Of a stretch of 64,000 nt of DNA, positions 12,601 to 27,600 are shown piece by piece. The notes beneath the pieces were generated by a model. That model was not told the origin of the DNA. It saw only the letters and a list, made by a program, of their open reading frames with translations, and made no database searches. The position numbers and the translations under genes are program-made. The DNA is taken from contig OZ249436.1 in the NCBI GenBank assembly GCA_965235115.1, positions 38,068,001 through 38,132,000 of the forward strand, in the 5' to 3' direction. Position 1 is the stretch's first letter, and each line of letters starts with the position of its first letter. The stretch is from Laetmonice hystrix. Taxonomy: Eukaryota.

Positions 12601-15600
12601 TCCACCATTGGCACAATCCCTTCTTAATGCCCTTTCAGTAAGTGTAATAGTGTAAAAATCCACTATATAAATACAACTTAAAGTTAATATAATGATACAG
12701 CGCAGGACCTTTGGAGCAGTAAAAGCCTCATTCTTTGATCCTGGTAAATATGTTTGGTGTCTTCAATGTAAATTCTCCCAATTATGTCCCGCTAGCTGAT
12801 GATATTAGTTCTGATCTCCAGAGCACCGTTGTAATAGATACAAAATGTAAGTAGAACTTGCTGTATAATACTGGGAGCATTTAGGGGTCAGGGTAATCTG
12901 AAGGGTATTTTTCATCTTTAGGACCTGATGTTTTGCCCAGACTTCACGGTGGCCTCTAACCGTAAGACTGGTCCTGACAACCCAGAGGACATGCACACCA
13001 TCGACAGCTGTGAATACATCTGGGAGTCGGGGGTGGGGTTTGCACACTCACCTCCTTCTAATCACACGTTTGACAACAACCGTATGGAGATCTTGAAACT
13101 TCTGCAGACCTGTTTCTCTGAGACGATGTATCTACCACCAGTTGGTGAGTATCGAATAAATGAAAATTCACAAGTAAATATTTTAAGTATTTTAATAAAG
13201 ATTTAATTTGTTTTCACACCTTCTCCACATAGATTTAACATAGATTAAAAAAGATTAAGAGCAAAGATTACATGGAAAGTAGTCCTTGAAGTGATGAAGC
13301 AGGACTCTAGGAAATAAAGGGGTAGGCACTTCTAATTTGCCCTCTATCCATATGTACGTCCGTATTATATATAGAAAGTGATTTCTCAGAAGTCTACGGG
13401 TCAAATTGTATGAAACTTTATCAACATGGCAGCCATATTTGTTTTTTGACCCCCAAAATAACGTTTGAACACTGTTTGGCTCATATCTCGAAAATGGTGC
13501 AATTTACCGGGGGTAGTTACTATTGTTACAGGTAGGAAGCCATTTTCCATGACCTTGAGTGACCCACAGATAATTAGTCCCAACCCAGTTAGGGTTTTGT
13601 TTTCTTTAAATTAATCTCCTGTTCTCAGAAGTTTTTTCCTTCAGAAGTTCAGATTCATCTCTTTATCACGGTTCTTGTTTCACATTTTCAGTGTATGAAG
13701 AAATCATATAAATTTACTACAATTTGGTATTCAAAATTCGCCAAGTTTGCTACAAAAAATTCATATTTCTCTCATTCTCTGAAACATACAGTTTTCTTGT
13801 GAGTTTCAACAGCCTGTCTGGCCAGTCGAGTGTGATTAGAACACGTATTTCAGCATAAAATCAAAGATTATAATTTACGACTGTCAACTGTGCCTCTTCG
13901 ATGTCCTCCATCTTGGCTTTTCTTCTCGCGTGAAAAATACTAGTTCCTCACGTGGTCATGTTGTACTCTGCCAGGGGTCACATGATGATGACAAATGCAG
14001 GCCGTTAGCACTAGGCAGGGCTGAAGCAGGTCAGTTGGCAGGTCTGTAATGAGGACCTACTATGCTGTTATTGGAACAGGGTAGTGCTAAAAATCATTGA
14101 AATTTAACTGCATTTCATAATGCTACGGACTGAGTACGGTAAAGTATAGCAAATCGTTCTCTGGTTCAAGTCTCTCTCTCAGCCTGACCTACCTAAAACA
14201 ACTCCCCCCCCCCCCTTCCAAATAACCGTCATGGATGCGCCCACAAATCGTTCGCAGCGTATCATACAAATCAAGAAACGGGTTGAGAAAGGAGATCATG
14301 ACAGAAGAAAGAGCTTTGTGTATATTGTCTGACTGCCCATGCCAATTTTCAGTTCATTACGGTACAACTGACAACATAGGTAAGTTCGGCATTGACTATG
14401 TCTCACTGATTTCTGACGCCAAGACTCCACACTGTCCTTAACGCACAGCTGAACTATTGAGTAGATCTTGGCAGCTCCAGCTTAGCAGAACCGTCTAAAT
14501 AAAAAATGTGGGTTGGTAATTGGCACAGCAGTGTGTGATAACCCAATAGAACATCTCATACACTCCAAACGTTTTACAGACTGGGATGATTTATCACAGG
14601 AAAGTGAGCATTCAGGTAAGTAGGCAGGATATTTGGTCTGAACTGAATACCCACAATGGGCTGTGTACTGTAATATAATATAAGAAGCACAAACTATTTG
14701 GTCTACAGGTATAAACAATACCAGGAAGAAATGCTCATGTTTTTATAAACCTATACTACAACCAAAGATACTTACACAAGAGAGAAATTAAAAAAGAAGT
14801 CTTTTGTCTTGTTCAAAATCATATCTGGTCTTGATTGAATTTGGAAGCATTAATTGCCAAGAGAACTTTATTACTCTGAATACTAGGCTAGAGCATATCT
14901 GGCTTACTTGTGAGGGACTTTTGTCTGTTCAGCAGACAAAACAAACTATAAAACTTTAAAAATTCTAATATTATGTAATTAAAATGAGTACCATACGCCA
15001 GGGAATAAAAAACCAGGGATTCTACAAAATCGTTTCTGATTTTGAGATGCTGTGCTGTTTCTTACTAACCAAATGTTGAAGTCACTAATAATATTGGAGT
15101 AATGCAGAGGTCCTCCAGAGCAAAAGTGGCTGAGCCACGTTTTTACTTGCATGCTTAATCGTTGGTGAATTGTTCATATTATGGTGGAAGAACTTTGATG
15201 GAATATTCTAAATAATGGACGAATAATAGCCACAAGCTTACGGTGTAACAATTATCATGCAGCTATCATAGGTCTTCTCTTATAACTTGCTTTGTTGTCA
15301 GAGCAGGATTAACATTATTAAAATTTAGGTGTGTAGTGTATAGCCGACTAAGCAGTGCCTTTGTTTTTACTGGGATCCTTAGTCTAGACAGTGTCTGTAA
15401 TATTAACCTTTGTATGTTTGATGATTGTAGTATGTACAGGTGCTGACTCAAAGTATCCTTAAAATTATAGAACAAAATAAACATAGTTTGATTGTATGTA
15501 GTTTTTTGTGAAAATGGTGCATTTAATTTATAATAACAAAATGATAAAGTAAAACTTGAATTAAATAGCTTGAAAATCGTGATAAATATTATATTTTATA

Positions 15601-18600
15601 CACACACCATTCCTAAAATTGCCAAAAAGGCAGAAGGTTTCCTGTAGAAAGACACTGGTAAAATTTAGACATGACATTGACAGGAGCAAGTTTTTGTTTA
15701 TTGAAATACTGATTCATGGCTTTGGTGAAGAATGGATAGATAAATATTGTGTCATCCACCGCTGGGTCCACTGCATTGAGTGGGAACAGGTTGCACTGAG
15801 GTTGCAATGACTTTATTTATGAGTCATATGCCAGCATCGATTTGTTGACTGGGTGAAAGCACGGTCTGTCTTTTCTGTATTATCTACAGAGATTAACATA
15901 TGATCCATGTTCAGTATTCAGGTGTGCATGGGAAAGCTTTGATATTAACAAATTGATAACGTCTTTTGTCAAGAAAAAATTAAATGAGTAAATAAACATT
16001 TTTATGCACTTATAGAAACAGATTATTTTTATCTTAGAGCAGATATGAATGTCTGTGCTACACTGGCCCTACATGTCCCAAATACAAAACAGTTCTATAT
16101 ACATTGTCTTTGATTCTGCTCTGTGTATTGGCCATACTCAACTGTTGACAAAACCATCCATCGCTACGCTTACAGGGTACCATTGGCCAGTGTCACGTGT
16201 CACAAAGCTAAGACTTGTCTTACTTACATTGTGATACCTGTTCGTCATAATCAGAATTTTTGGTCGTTTTCAGCGGATGCTCACATGCAACCCAATCAGT
16301 GGATAGCGTACTTTACGTCGACAGAGAATCGGCATGCCCTGCCGTTGTTCACGTCCTTGCTGAATACAGTGTGTGCCTATGACCCGGTCGGTTATGGCGT
16401 ACCATACAACCACCTCATGTTCTCGGACAGTCGCGAGCCATTAGTAGAGGCCTGCCTACAGGTGCTCTGTGTTACCATCGACAATGATCCGACAGGTGCT
16501 ATCGCCGAACAGTCAGCCGGGAACCCTCCACCTCCTGATGCCCCGAGTGAGGTAAGGCATGAAATGAAGATTACTAGGAATAGGAATAGGAGTCGAAATC
16601 TTCAGGATTCTCATCTGAGAACTCAGTAGAGATAGAAACACAGTACTCTGCCAGACGTATTGATTGAGTGTGATCAGTATTCCCGTTGGAAGCGTATATT
16701 TTAAACACAAGTACTGATTTAATAAACTATTAACTCGGTCTTTAGAGCTGTTACTTGACCGAGCTATTGTTCATGAAACGTGTGAAATCTTCAGGTTGGA
16801 GGTGCAGACAATCTGTTTGTGAACTACATGTCAAGGATTCATCGTGAAGAGGCAAGTATTGTTTGGAATCACTCCTTCAGTGACTAGGGATATTATTTTT
16901 GGTGTCTGACCTTGAAATTGAGCTATTTAGCAGATGTTTTAAAGTCTTAAATGTCCTGTTTATGTTTGAGTGCATTCTGCCTAATCCAGAGGACAGCAGG
17001 TATCACAGTAGATGGACAGTAATGGTTCACATGACCATTCCAACCTTATTAGTCAGAGAAAACTTTATTATATCAACTTTATATCAACTACTTAAAGAGA
17101 TGCCAGGCACAAACTACATAAAGATTATCAATTCTGACTCTAGACAATGAAATAGCTTCATATGTGCCTGACAAGTGGAAAATTATGTGTAGGTAACGTA
17201 ACGTAGGTAACGTTTCAAAAGTTTACAGGTTTATATTGCTCCATCTAGTGGCAGAACTGATATGCATTCAACTGTTTTTTCACAAATTAAATTGGGCTTC
17301 AGAGTACCACCCACTGTTTTAAAATGATTTAATTTAGAAAAAACATAAACTTTTGAGATAGCCCCTAATGATGTGAGATATGGGGGCCGTCTTACTAATG
17401 ATGATCCCACCAAAGTCCCCCGATCAGACATATCCCTGTTCTGAGGTGTCTTACTGAAAAGTCCCTGCATTGAAACAATGTTGGGGAGATGTCCCCAATA
17501 TGGGGATGTCCCTGATTTGGGAAGTGACATTCTTAGTAAGACGGGCCTCAGACGAATTGGGGATCTTTGGAATAGTGTATTACTGATACATGTTATACAG
17601 CCTATAGATTGTGAGTTTAATGAAGAAGTATAAACCCGAAGATTCATCACAGTTTCCGCTGTGAATCCCAGCAGAGTTTTGTGATAAGATGTATGGTGTA
17701 ACTCTGTGGTATGGTTGCAGGACTTTGCCTTCATCCTCAAGGGCTTGACGAGGCTGCTCAACAACCCGTTGATGCAGACCTACTTACCAGGCTCATGTAA
17801 GAAGGTGCAGTTTCACCAGGAGCTCCTCGTACTCTTCTGGAGGATGTGCGACATCAACAAGAAGTTCATGTTCTACGTCCTCAAGAGTAGCGACGTGCTC
17901 GACATCCTTGTCCCCATCCTTTTTCACTTGAATGATGCCCGTGCTGACCAGTGTGAGTGTAGAAATCAGTTATTACAAAATCTATCTTTATTATATGCCT
18001 CATTCACAAGTGTTTATGTAGAGATCTGTATCGACAATATAGAAAACAGTATAGAAGTGTTTGGTGAAACTTGTTCATGTACTGGTTAAACACTCTCCCA
18101 GCAAAGTGAGCAAATCCTTCATTTATACCTGCTGCCCTTATCCTTTATAAGTGAACCCTTGTAGGTGACTCACCAGTTTCTGTCTGATTTCTTAAACAGC
18201 TCGTGTTGGTTTGATGCACATTGGTGTCTTCATTCTCCTGTTGTTGAGTGGTGAGCGCAACTTTGGTGTTCGGCTTAATAAACCATACACAATACGCATT
18301 CCCATGGATATACCTGTGTTCACTGGTACACATGCCGACTTTCTCATCATTGTAAGTACTCAGAAAACTGAGGTTTATGGGTTGTAATTATATATATCAC
18401 TCTGCTCATAGCTTTTAAAAAGAGATGTGAAATTTGGGAGACTGAGAATGAGGGACTTCACACTCCTTGAGACGCATGCGCAACGGCGCATTTCAGGTCA
18501 TATCCGCGTGGTGGCAGCACTGTCGCCCGGTCCTCTTGGCTACACATTAGTATGACGTTAGATAGGACGACGAAATGCTAATCTGTGGCAGGATGTGTTT

Positions 18601-21600
18601 AGACTATTTGTTATGAAAAATAATAACTTGATAGGCTTCACCATGTTGTAGAACTCGTAAACATACCATAATATTTCACAGCAAATAGCTCTACGACACC
18701 CAGCGATAGATTAGCATTTCGTCGACCTATCTAACATCATAATAATGTGGCCCAAGGGGACCGGGTTGATAGTGCTGCCGCCACGCGGAAAAGACGGTAA
18801 CAAAGTCCCTCATTAGTTGGGGTTTTTTTTCAAATCAACAATTTAAAAACATTTTGTTTTTCTTATGTCCTCAACTGTACTTCAACTGTAACTTTCTACT
18901 CCCACAGGTGTTCCACAAGATTATTACAACGGGCCATCAGCGCCTCCAGCCTCTCTTTGATTGTCTGCTAACAATTATTGTTAATGGTAAGTTATCAGGG
19001 TCATCACATACTTAACCTTCTCGTATTGGAGTCAGTGAGTCTAATGAATCTTTTTTTTGTTGTTGCCCTTTTATTAAGAGCTACATATGAATTGTCATTT
19101 GTTTCTTTTCTCAAGGCTATTTTCACAGATACAACTTGTAATCCTCTGCGATTTTAATAGATCTGTATTTATAATGCAATCAGAACATACTTTCTGGTTA
19201 TCTCTTCTATCAATCTCTATTTAAAATTATTCAGTAACCTGTATTTTTGACAATCTTAACACATTTTAAATGGGTACCAAAGTGCTGTATTTCAAACATT
19301 TGTAGTGGGATTGTGGCCTTTTTGCAGCAAATAGATATGTATTTTGCAGTGTCCCCCTATCTGAAGACCCTGTCTATGGTGGCTAGTACCAAACTCCTCC
19401 ATTTGCTTGAGGTAGGTGTATGTACAGAATGAGAGGTGAAGAATTGATCAAAATGACTTCTGGAGCTTGAAACACTGAGACATTCCAACCTCAAGCTGAC
19501 TCGTGACTCGTGTCTTTATATGGCAGAAAATTAGTTCAGTTTATGGAACACAGTGAGTTCTCATCATGCTGAAGGATATAAATAACATGCCTGACTGGCA
19601 ATCATGGTTGAAATTGTTTTGATGTCTGCAGGCATTCAGCACTCCATGGTTTCTGTATGCCAGTCCCACCAACCACCACCTTGTGTTCTTCCTGCTGGAA
19701 GTCTTCAATAACATCATCCAATATCAGTTTGACGGTCAGTACTCGGGACAAAAAAATCAGTACAAAATGTGGATTTCACAAATTAAAGACAGGTTGACAA
19801 ACACTTCAACTATTTGTGCAGTCATAATTTGCCGTTTATGTGGCCTGATTTTCTAATGACATACAGGCGTATTTAAAAAAAATTAAATTTCACGGTAAAG
19901 AGCTACTTCTCATATAAACGGTAAGTGCATATAAAGTTCCAATTTTCCCTACATGACTCCTGCTTCGTGAAACGCCCTAAAAGAATATTTTTGGTATTTT
20001 TCAGGTAATTCCAACCTAGTGTATACAATCATCCGGAAACGTAACGTTTTCCATCAGTTGGCCAACCTGCCCACAGACCACAGTTCCATCGCCCGTGCCC
20101 TGACAAAGCGTGGTCGCAAGGTGACACAACAGAGCACCCCTGAACTAGACAACCTACCCTCGATGGAGGGCTCCATTCCAGCCTCCGAAGCTGAACCGGG
20201 GACATTGAAAGCCACCCTGGCTGCCACACCAGGTAAACATGCTGTTTGTTGATTACACCCAAGGTGTCACTTAAATAGTTCCCCTGTCAGTTTGATATTC
20301 TCCATTGACTTGTCACAGGAATGTTCTAGTATATAGACACTGTATTTTCTTCAGAAGATGGATGTTTACGGGATCTAGTGGTGCCTGTCTTTTCTTTTGA
20401 AAAACCTGCAACCCAAACTATATTTATCCCTATGGATATTTTTCTCCTTACTCTATAGTGTTTTTATTTCATAATAAAGGCTTTCAAGAATTTTTGAAAT
20501 GGGTGTTTCGTAAGCTTGCATATATTTCCACAGCCAATCTTTATTTCCCGATGTGTTGTGTGGTTATAAGAGAATGCCATAATCATAGGGGTGTCTGTGG
20601 CAGGAAGTTAAATCAAGCCTTTCTCTTACTGCTTGCTAATACATGTCAGGTGGATAGAATGTGATTCACCCAGATATCATTAGGAGTGTTATAACATGCA
20701 GTAGTATATCATTGTTTGTCCAGACTCCTGGTCAACATGCTGATATTAAAAAGAAATTGAGTTGTAACAAAACTGTTTAGATGTAGAATCACTCTCTGTG
20801 AATAGTTATAGAGACAGGAACTGCAATGAGTGATTACCAGCATGCTATCACCCAGCCCTGGTGATAGACCAGTGTCTATATACTTGGACTAAGTAAGGGA
20901 TTGAGTGTGCACTGGGCCTGACAACACTTTGTCACATAGCTGCTATATTCAGCTAAGGAAGCATTTGAAGGGTCTCAAACTGGCATTGGTGAACTACTCT
21001 ATCTAGAAGAGCACCTTGGGTTTCAGATTAAGCAAATTGGCATAGGTTCACCGAGGGTAGTCAACTTTACTGGCTCCCATACTTCTGCAGATTATAACAT
21101 AGGGTGTGTTTCCCATCGGGTGTGGCTGAGAGGTAACAAACTGGGGTATTAATGAGTGACTTTAACCTCGGTGAGGATGTATACCCAAGTTTAACTGAGG
21201 CTAACTGATCCTAAAACTTTAACACACTAGTTACTCAGTCGTAATAAGATGCACATAGAGTAAGTACAAGCAGAGGTTCATAGAGAAGGAAGTTCACCAT
21301 GTTTATGATGTTACTGTAAGAATGTTTTGAATTGAGATTCAAGGTATTAGGTATTTGAGGTATTAAAATATTCCTTTAGAAGGTGCTAAGCTAAAATTTG
21401 GTCATATGCAGCAGCATGTTGATAATGTCACAGCTTTCGTTGTTTTTGGTAAGCTTGGCTAACTGGAAGAATTCTTACTAATGTTACTCATTTACATGGC
21501 CAGTACATGCCTTAAACCACTGTTTAAAATACATACATTTGTCTCACATGGGTATACTGGTAATGGTCAGCTTTTTGGAAACAAAAATAAAAGGGAAACG

Positions 21601-24600
21601 TTTCTGTTTCTTTTTGGGCATGCGGTTTGTGGCACTGTTGTTTTGCAGTTTTTGTGGTTGTGGTTTATGTGACTGAAATGCATTGTGATTGAAGTGCAGT
21701 ATTTATATTGTTGTCAGGTTGGCTGTATGGCTGGGGTTGATGAACGCTAATATTGTGACTTACGTTCTCCAATTCCTTTCGGTTTGACATGCACTCAACA
21801 GCATCAGACTCCAAATCCATTTTCTGGCCTTATTGCTCACCTAGTGAGATGGGTTCCATGGAACCCTTTCTTCATTAGAATCTTGATCTCTGGTTCATAT
21901 TTCATTATGTACCTTGGATATTCTCTGAATGATGCTAGAAGAAGAGAAGAAGATTGGAGTCTTGTCCATGACATGTGAAAATCTTCATTGACTAAGGCCC
22001 TCAGGAAGATATTAGAAATAAAAAACCAGTCAAGAAAATAACAATTTGGTTACCCAACAAAATGATGTTGAATGAATAAATCTGCAAACTTGGGTTCAAT
22101 CTGGATTCGAACACAGGGACCCTAGGGTCTCATGTCTTAACTGAATCTCCTCCTGTTCTTTGGGCTGCGTGAATTTCTTCCTCCAGGTGAAAGTACTGGA
22201 GTAGTGTTCTGGTAGAGTACCGGTAGATGGTATCCTCCGTGTTAAGTGTGACCTCACGCTGATCGCGTACTCAGTGTGTACCTGTGTTGTCTTCCACTAG
22301 CCTTCCCTAGTCCTTACCTAAGTTACCGGTACACTGAGGGAGTGCACGACGCCCGCACAGGTGGGGCATTCGGCCATGATCACATCTCGCAGGCTGGCCC
22401 GCATTGTCCATTCGACGACCCATGGGAGACAATGCTACAGAAAGCTTTCTCACCCGAACAAATTCAGATTCAGCCCAAGAATCTTCTCTTGGATGCTGAC
22501 AGCCTCAAAGTGCCAGGCAGACGGACTAAAGTTAACAAACCACCACTGTGTAAAGGTGCTTTCGGAGCTAGTAACGTTGACTGTGATGAAGACGATGTTA
22601 GCAGTAAAGGCTCTGTTCAGACAAATGTGAGTGAAGCAGCTGAGGAGTGCAAACCGTCCCTGTTGGAAATGGCCTACCAGCCAGCATTAACTGAGGGCAG
22701 TGCGTTCAAGTCACAAGTGGCGGCTCTTTTGTTGGGTATGTAACTATTCTCACTGACTGTCTGCCGAGGTGTCTTGGTCCTCCTACTACCTTCTCTCTCA
22801 CACAATACTAGAGGTTTATGGTTCTCTCTCACCTTGGGTGTTAATAACTGGTGCTGTCAACGTACTGCTTGACCTGCCTGGACTAAGTGAATGGATTGTA
22901 TCTGTGATACGACTGACCGGCTGGCCTCTGGTAGCACCCTCTGACCCTTGGGTTACTCCCACGCAATCCGTGCCTTTGACAGTGTATGAGATAATGGGTG
23001 GTGAACTTGTAGAGCTAGGACGCTGTGAATATATTTTAGCTTGGGCTGAACCAGGTATAGGCAGACATGATGTCAGCTGCTTGCTATATAAGATAACAAA
23101 ATGCAGAGGGACAGAATCACAAGAAGTTGTCCTCTCATGTACTCTGATGACATTTTCACAATGTCATGAAAGTGTGTTGTTTTTTAAACAGTTTTTTTTC
23201 CATTCAGTAGAATGTTCTTTGAAAGAAGTCGCTATATGTTTAGCATATCTTGCTCAGACTACTGCGTTCCAAATGGAATTCAGTGTAAACATCCCAGCTA
23301 TTTTGACCATTTAAACAAAAGAGGTTTTGTTGAAAGTCCAACAGATTTGAGGTATTTAGTGACCTAGTGTCAGGCATCGATAGGTGTTTATGTCTTAGCG
23401 TTTAACGCCTGATTAAAGCCCCCCTCCCGTAACATTTGTTAACATGTGCTGGCACTATTTGCTCTCCACAGGCTACAAAAGCATGGTGCATGGTAAGCTA
23501 ACGATGCCCAACAGCGTACAAGGTAAACTAGGCTAGCCTGGTGGTCAGTTACTGACACCATAACAAACTTAACCACATCTGACGACAGTTTTTGTTGGGG
23601 TTTTGTTTGATGGTGCATTTATGCTTTCATCGTTGCTTCTAATAAGTACATGTATGTTAATAATTACAGCAGGGAAATTGTTGAAGGTGCTTCTATTTCG
23701 GTTTGATGCATGCAAATTGCAGTCTGAAACTCACCAGTTTGCCAGCTTGACACAGCGACGATGGCAGTGTGATGTTTTCTAAGATACCAAGTTTAAACAA
23801 TTCATAATTAAGCTAGTGAATTAGGTAAAGTTATAGATGAAGTTGTTCACAAGCACACAGAGTGATTATGGTGTGAAAATGCCCATTTGCTTACCAAACA
23901 ATCTCATATTGCAGTGCTTTGTTATGTTGGTGGGGGGGGGGGGGGTTCATAATAAGAAAAGGGAAGGTAGACAATCGTCTTTTTCCTTGTTTGTTTTTTT
24001 GGCCATTAATTGCAGGAACATTATATTTGTACCTAATATTTAGGCTATAAGATGAATAGCTCAGGGTGTTGGTCAACAAAATAAGTCATATAAGAGGTAC
24101 AAGTATTTTTCATTACTTTCTGAACATAGCCCTGGTTTACTTTTCTTTTAGTGTCATTTGTTTTTATTAAAAATATACAAAATTGAAAGTTTATGAAAGC
24201 AAGTGTTTTGCCCCCCCCCCCTTCTACTAATAATTAAGCGAAAGGCTCTGAGAGTGTAAATTAGTTACGGTATATAATCGTTAATACTGGTAATATTAAG
24301 CAGCCACTGACAACAGCTTATATTACAACTGGAAAAACATAGGCCTAAATGTCTGGAAAGATTGCCCCCAAGTGACTGAGATTGACCACAAGTACTTGAT
24401 GACCTTCACGGAGAGACATTTATACATGAATGTATGTTTATGCACAACAAGAGCTGGACTTGTACCACCAGGAGTTACCCTTCAGTGAGTCGACACATTC
24501 TTGTTACTGTAACTGCTACTCGTACTCATGTTATTAATCATACCTCCAACTCAGAATGACATACCTATAATCATGATTTGCATGACCATTTATGTAACGT

Positions 24601-27600
24601 TCTTGTTTTCCTTGTCAGGGAGGCAAATTTAGAACAAATTCTTCCAAATTGTTAGTAATTGATGGATTGTACTGAGCTTGTACCCTGCGGACAATTTCTG
24701 TACATTAAGGGACTTGAAACTCTTTTATGAGAAATGTTTTATTGATAGAGAAAAGAAAGTTACACTTAAATACAATTTGACGTTCATCTTATTCGTCGTC
24801 TCACTGTTACGTTTAAATTAAGTATCTCATTAAGGAGTACGTTCGTCACTCTATTTTTTGTACACTGCTTACTGTATCTTGTACTGCGATAGGTCTCGTA
24901 ATTTTGTTATTGCTTTAACATATCTATTGGGAACAGTTTATTGAGTTTAATGACACTAACATTGGTACTCGGTGCCCCCACAGATTTGACGTTACAATTT
25001 CCAATTGTGGACATCAGAATTTATGAAAACAAAATGGCGGCTGCCTATGGATTGTCACTTATGCTTTTGCTTGACCTCAGTGGTATACCATTTTAGTGCA
25101 ATAATTATCACATTAAAATTTGAGAAGAAGATGGGTAATTGCGTCACTAGTATTCCCTTTACTTGCAGTTTTTAATCAGGTTGAATTTTGACAGTACTCG
25201 TGCCATTTCCAAATGTGTGCTTTTGATGTACACAAGATCAGGGTGTCTACAATATGTTTATGTAAATACACTTGTGCCTCTAAGTTTAGTGTTAAACTGC
25301 TAACTGTAAATACATTGTACATTGTACTATTAGTCCATCTCTCCTTTACCTTGGCCCTGAGTTGATACAATAGCCTCGTCAAAAAATAATTTCAATTTCT
25401 GTTTTAACTCAGCCGGACCAGAGTAGGATGTAGACATATCCACACCACTCCCATCCTGTCACCCCCCCCCCCCCCGCCTACACCGGTAGCCTTTCTCTAC
25501 CCCCGACACCCACCACCCATGGTAGTGAGAACTGATGCTCACCTTATTCCTCATTTCTCCCGCCACGTTTTCCACACGTGTGGGGAACCGCTGGATTTTC
25601 ATCTGTTATGATGTCATTTATTATGATGCCCGAGGAGACACTAGTCGAAACTGTGCACCTCACCAAGCAACTAGCTTGCGTTTCTGGTCGTCAACCCTGA
25701 CTACACACATGACACCTTGGACACTCACGAGGAAGTATGCCGTGTTGTCACCCACCGTTGACAGTATCCTTGGAGATGTTGACAGGAACATATTTAAGGC
25801 TGTTTAAACTGTTCACGGCCACATTTCTGCGGTAGCATCACGACAACTCGCATTAGCCTCGTACAATACATACATTGTACATAGGCTCAATCTCATTCCC
25901 AACACAATTTGAATCGATACTTGAGTTTTTGTACATTACCATACAGTTTTGAATATAAAAGGGGTCCAAAATGCTTAATCTGAAGGAACTACACTAAAAT
26001 CGTCGACCTTTTTACACAGGGGCCTAATGTTTCCAAATAGAAATACCTTGGGTTGGTGGATGAGGTTGTAGTTGTGTCAGCCTACACTAGTACTTATTAT
26101 TAATGGACCGGTGATGTTTCTCCTGCCACATGTCAGTGCCGAGTTGGCACATGTCACAGCCACTATAAACTAAGAAACTGCAGATTTTGTGGCACATTGT
26201 ACCAGTGCCTAGCGGTCTATATGCCTGGTATACGGCTCAGGTCAGACCATGGGGAGAGTGTTGTGTCAGCCAAGTGACCATTAGCAGAGATTGTTGGGAT
26301 AGACACACACACACAATTAGTGATCGCTTATAGACTGATGTTTTCCCATATATAGAGGGATAGTATGCGGCGTTATATTTAAGAATGATCAATCCCAGAC
26401 TGAGATATGCCACACATTCTGTGCCTTAATGTAGTGCAGCGTACCGGAGGGGTCGGACATGTTACATGTCATGATTGTGATAACAAAGGACCTTTAAATA
26501 ACCTGGCACTGGAGAGGACGCAGGTATTCCTTGCTTTATGTGAACGGGTGTAGGAATTATAATGAAGGCTCTCAAATGGCGCACGTTTTGTGGTGACTGG
26601 AAACCTCTACTATATCAATCTGCCTTTGTCTGCCAATTTCACTGATATATCCTTATTCCATCTGCATGCCAGGGCAGAAGGGGAGATGAAGTCTGCTGCT
26701 TCTAGTACGGTACAAACTGTGGATCAATGGAAACAAATTTCATGCATGTATTCTAAGAATGATTATACCGGATTTGGTTATCTTCACAGAATTGATAAAA
26801 TCGCGAGGTTTTCCAAGCTGAAACGCATGTACTAAATACATGAATAAGTTTGAAACTGATTTCATTCACTTCCCTCACAGGAGTATGTCATGGCCTACCC
26901 TCAGTCTACCGCTTCAAACATTACCTGTACTTTCCTCCACTATAGAATGAATTAATAAGTGGGAACAGCAACTTGTTCTCAACATTTGAACATTGAAAGT
27001 AGACTATAATTATGATTGTACATTTAATATAACACATGCCGAACTGTCAGTTTGACATTCTAGGTTTTAGACAGTGGTAATATTGACATGACCATGCTTT
27101 TGTATAATTCTATGTGTCTTTTCATATGTGTGAGTGGGCATAAACTAAAATATTCGGGGGACTGCTTTAAGTACTTTAGCGTTGACTTTATGACCATTTC
27201 TTTACCTGTGTTAGCTTGACCACTGTTGACAGATAATTCTAAGGGCAGGTCATCCTCTGTGATATTCTCTATTGTAGAGAGAAGAAAAGATTCTCAAACA
27301 TGAACAGTTACCGTCAAAAGCATTTTTTAATGGTGGTGTGGCCGTTGCCTGTTTCAGGTATTGAGAAGATGACGGAGAAGACAGCAGCTCACGCGGAGCA
27401 GCCGGTGATGTCGCCGCTGGCATCCCCAGCCGGTACGGAGAACATTCAGCCAGGACAGGAGGGGGCCGACTCCCGTGCTACCAACATACCTGATGGTCAG
27501 CCCAACGACGCAGGCGACAACAAGTTGGTCAAGTCGAAGAGCATGGTAGGATGCTTACATTGGGCTCTTGTCGGCCGGGCATAGGCAGTCTCATGATATG

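Noticed and set aside
17231-17764. 177-aa minus-strand ORF
   Set aside because: It spans a MITE and the antisense of HID1 exon 8, with no coding signature.
22187-22230. Strong acceptor ttcttcctccag| as a further HID1 cassette exon
   Set aside because: The phase-1 frame hits TAG after 9 codons and no symmetric donor precedes it.
22769-23314. 181-aa intronic ORF in HID1 intron 13
   Set aside because: It has a GTG start, no convincing splice sites or motifs, and a length within chance expectation for a 64-kb six-frame scan.
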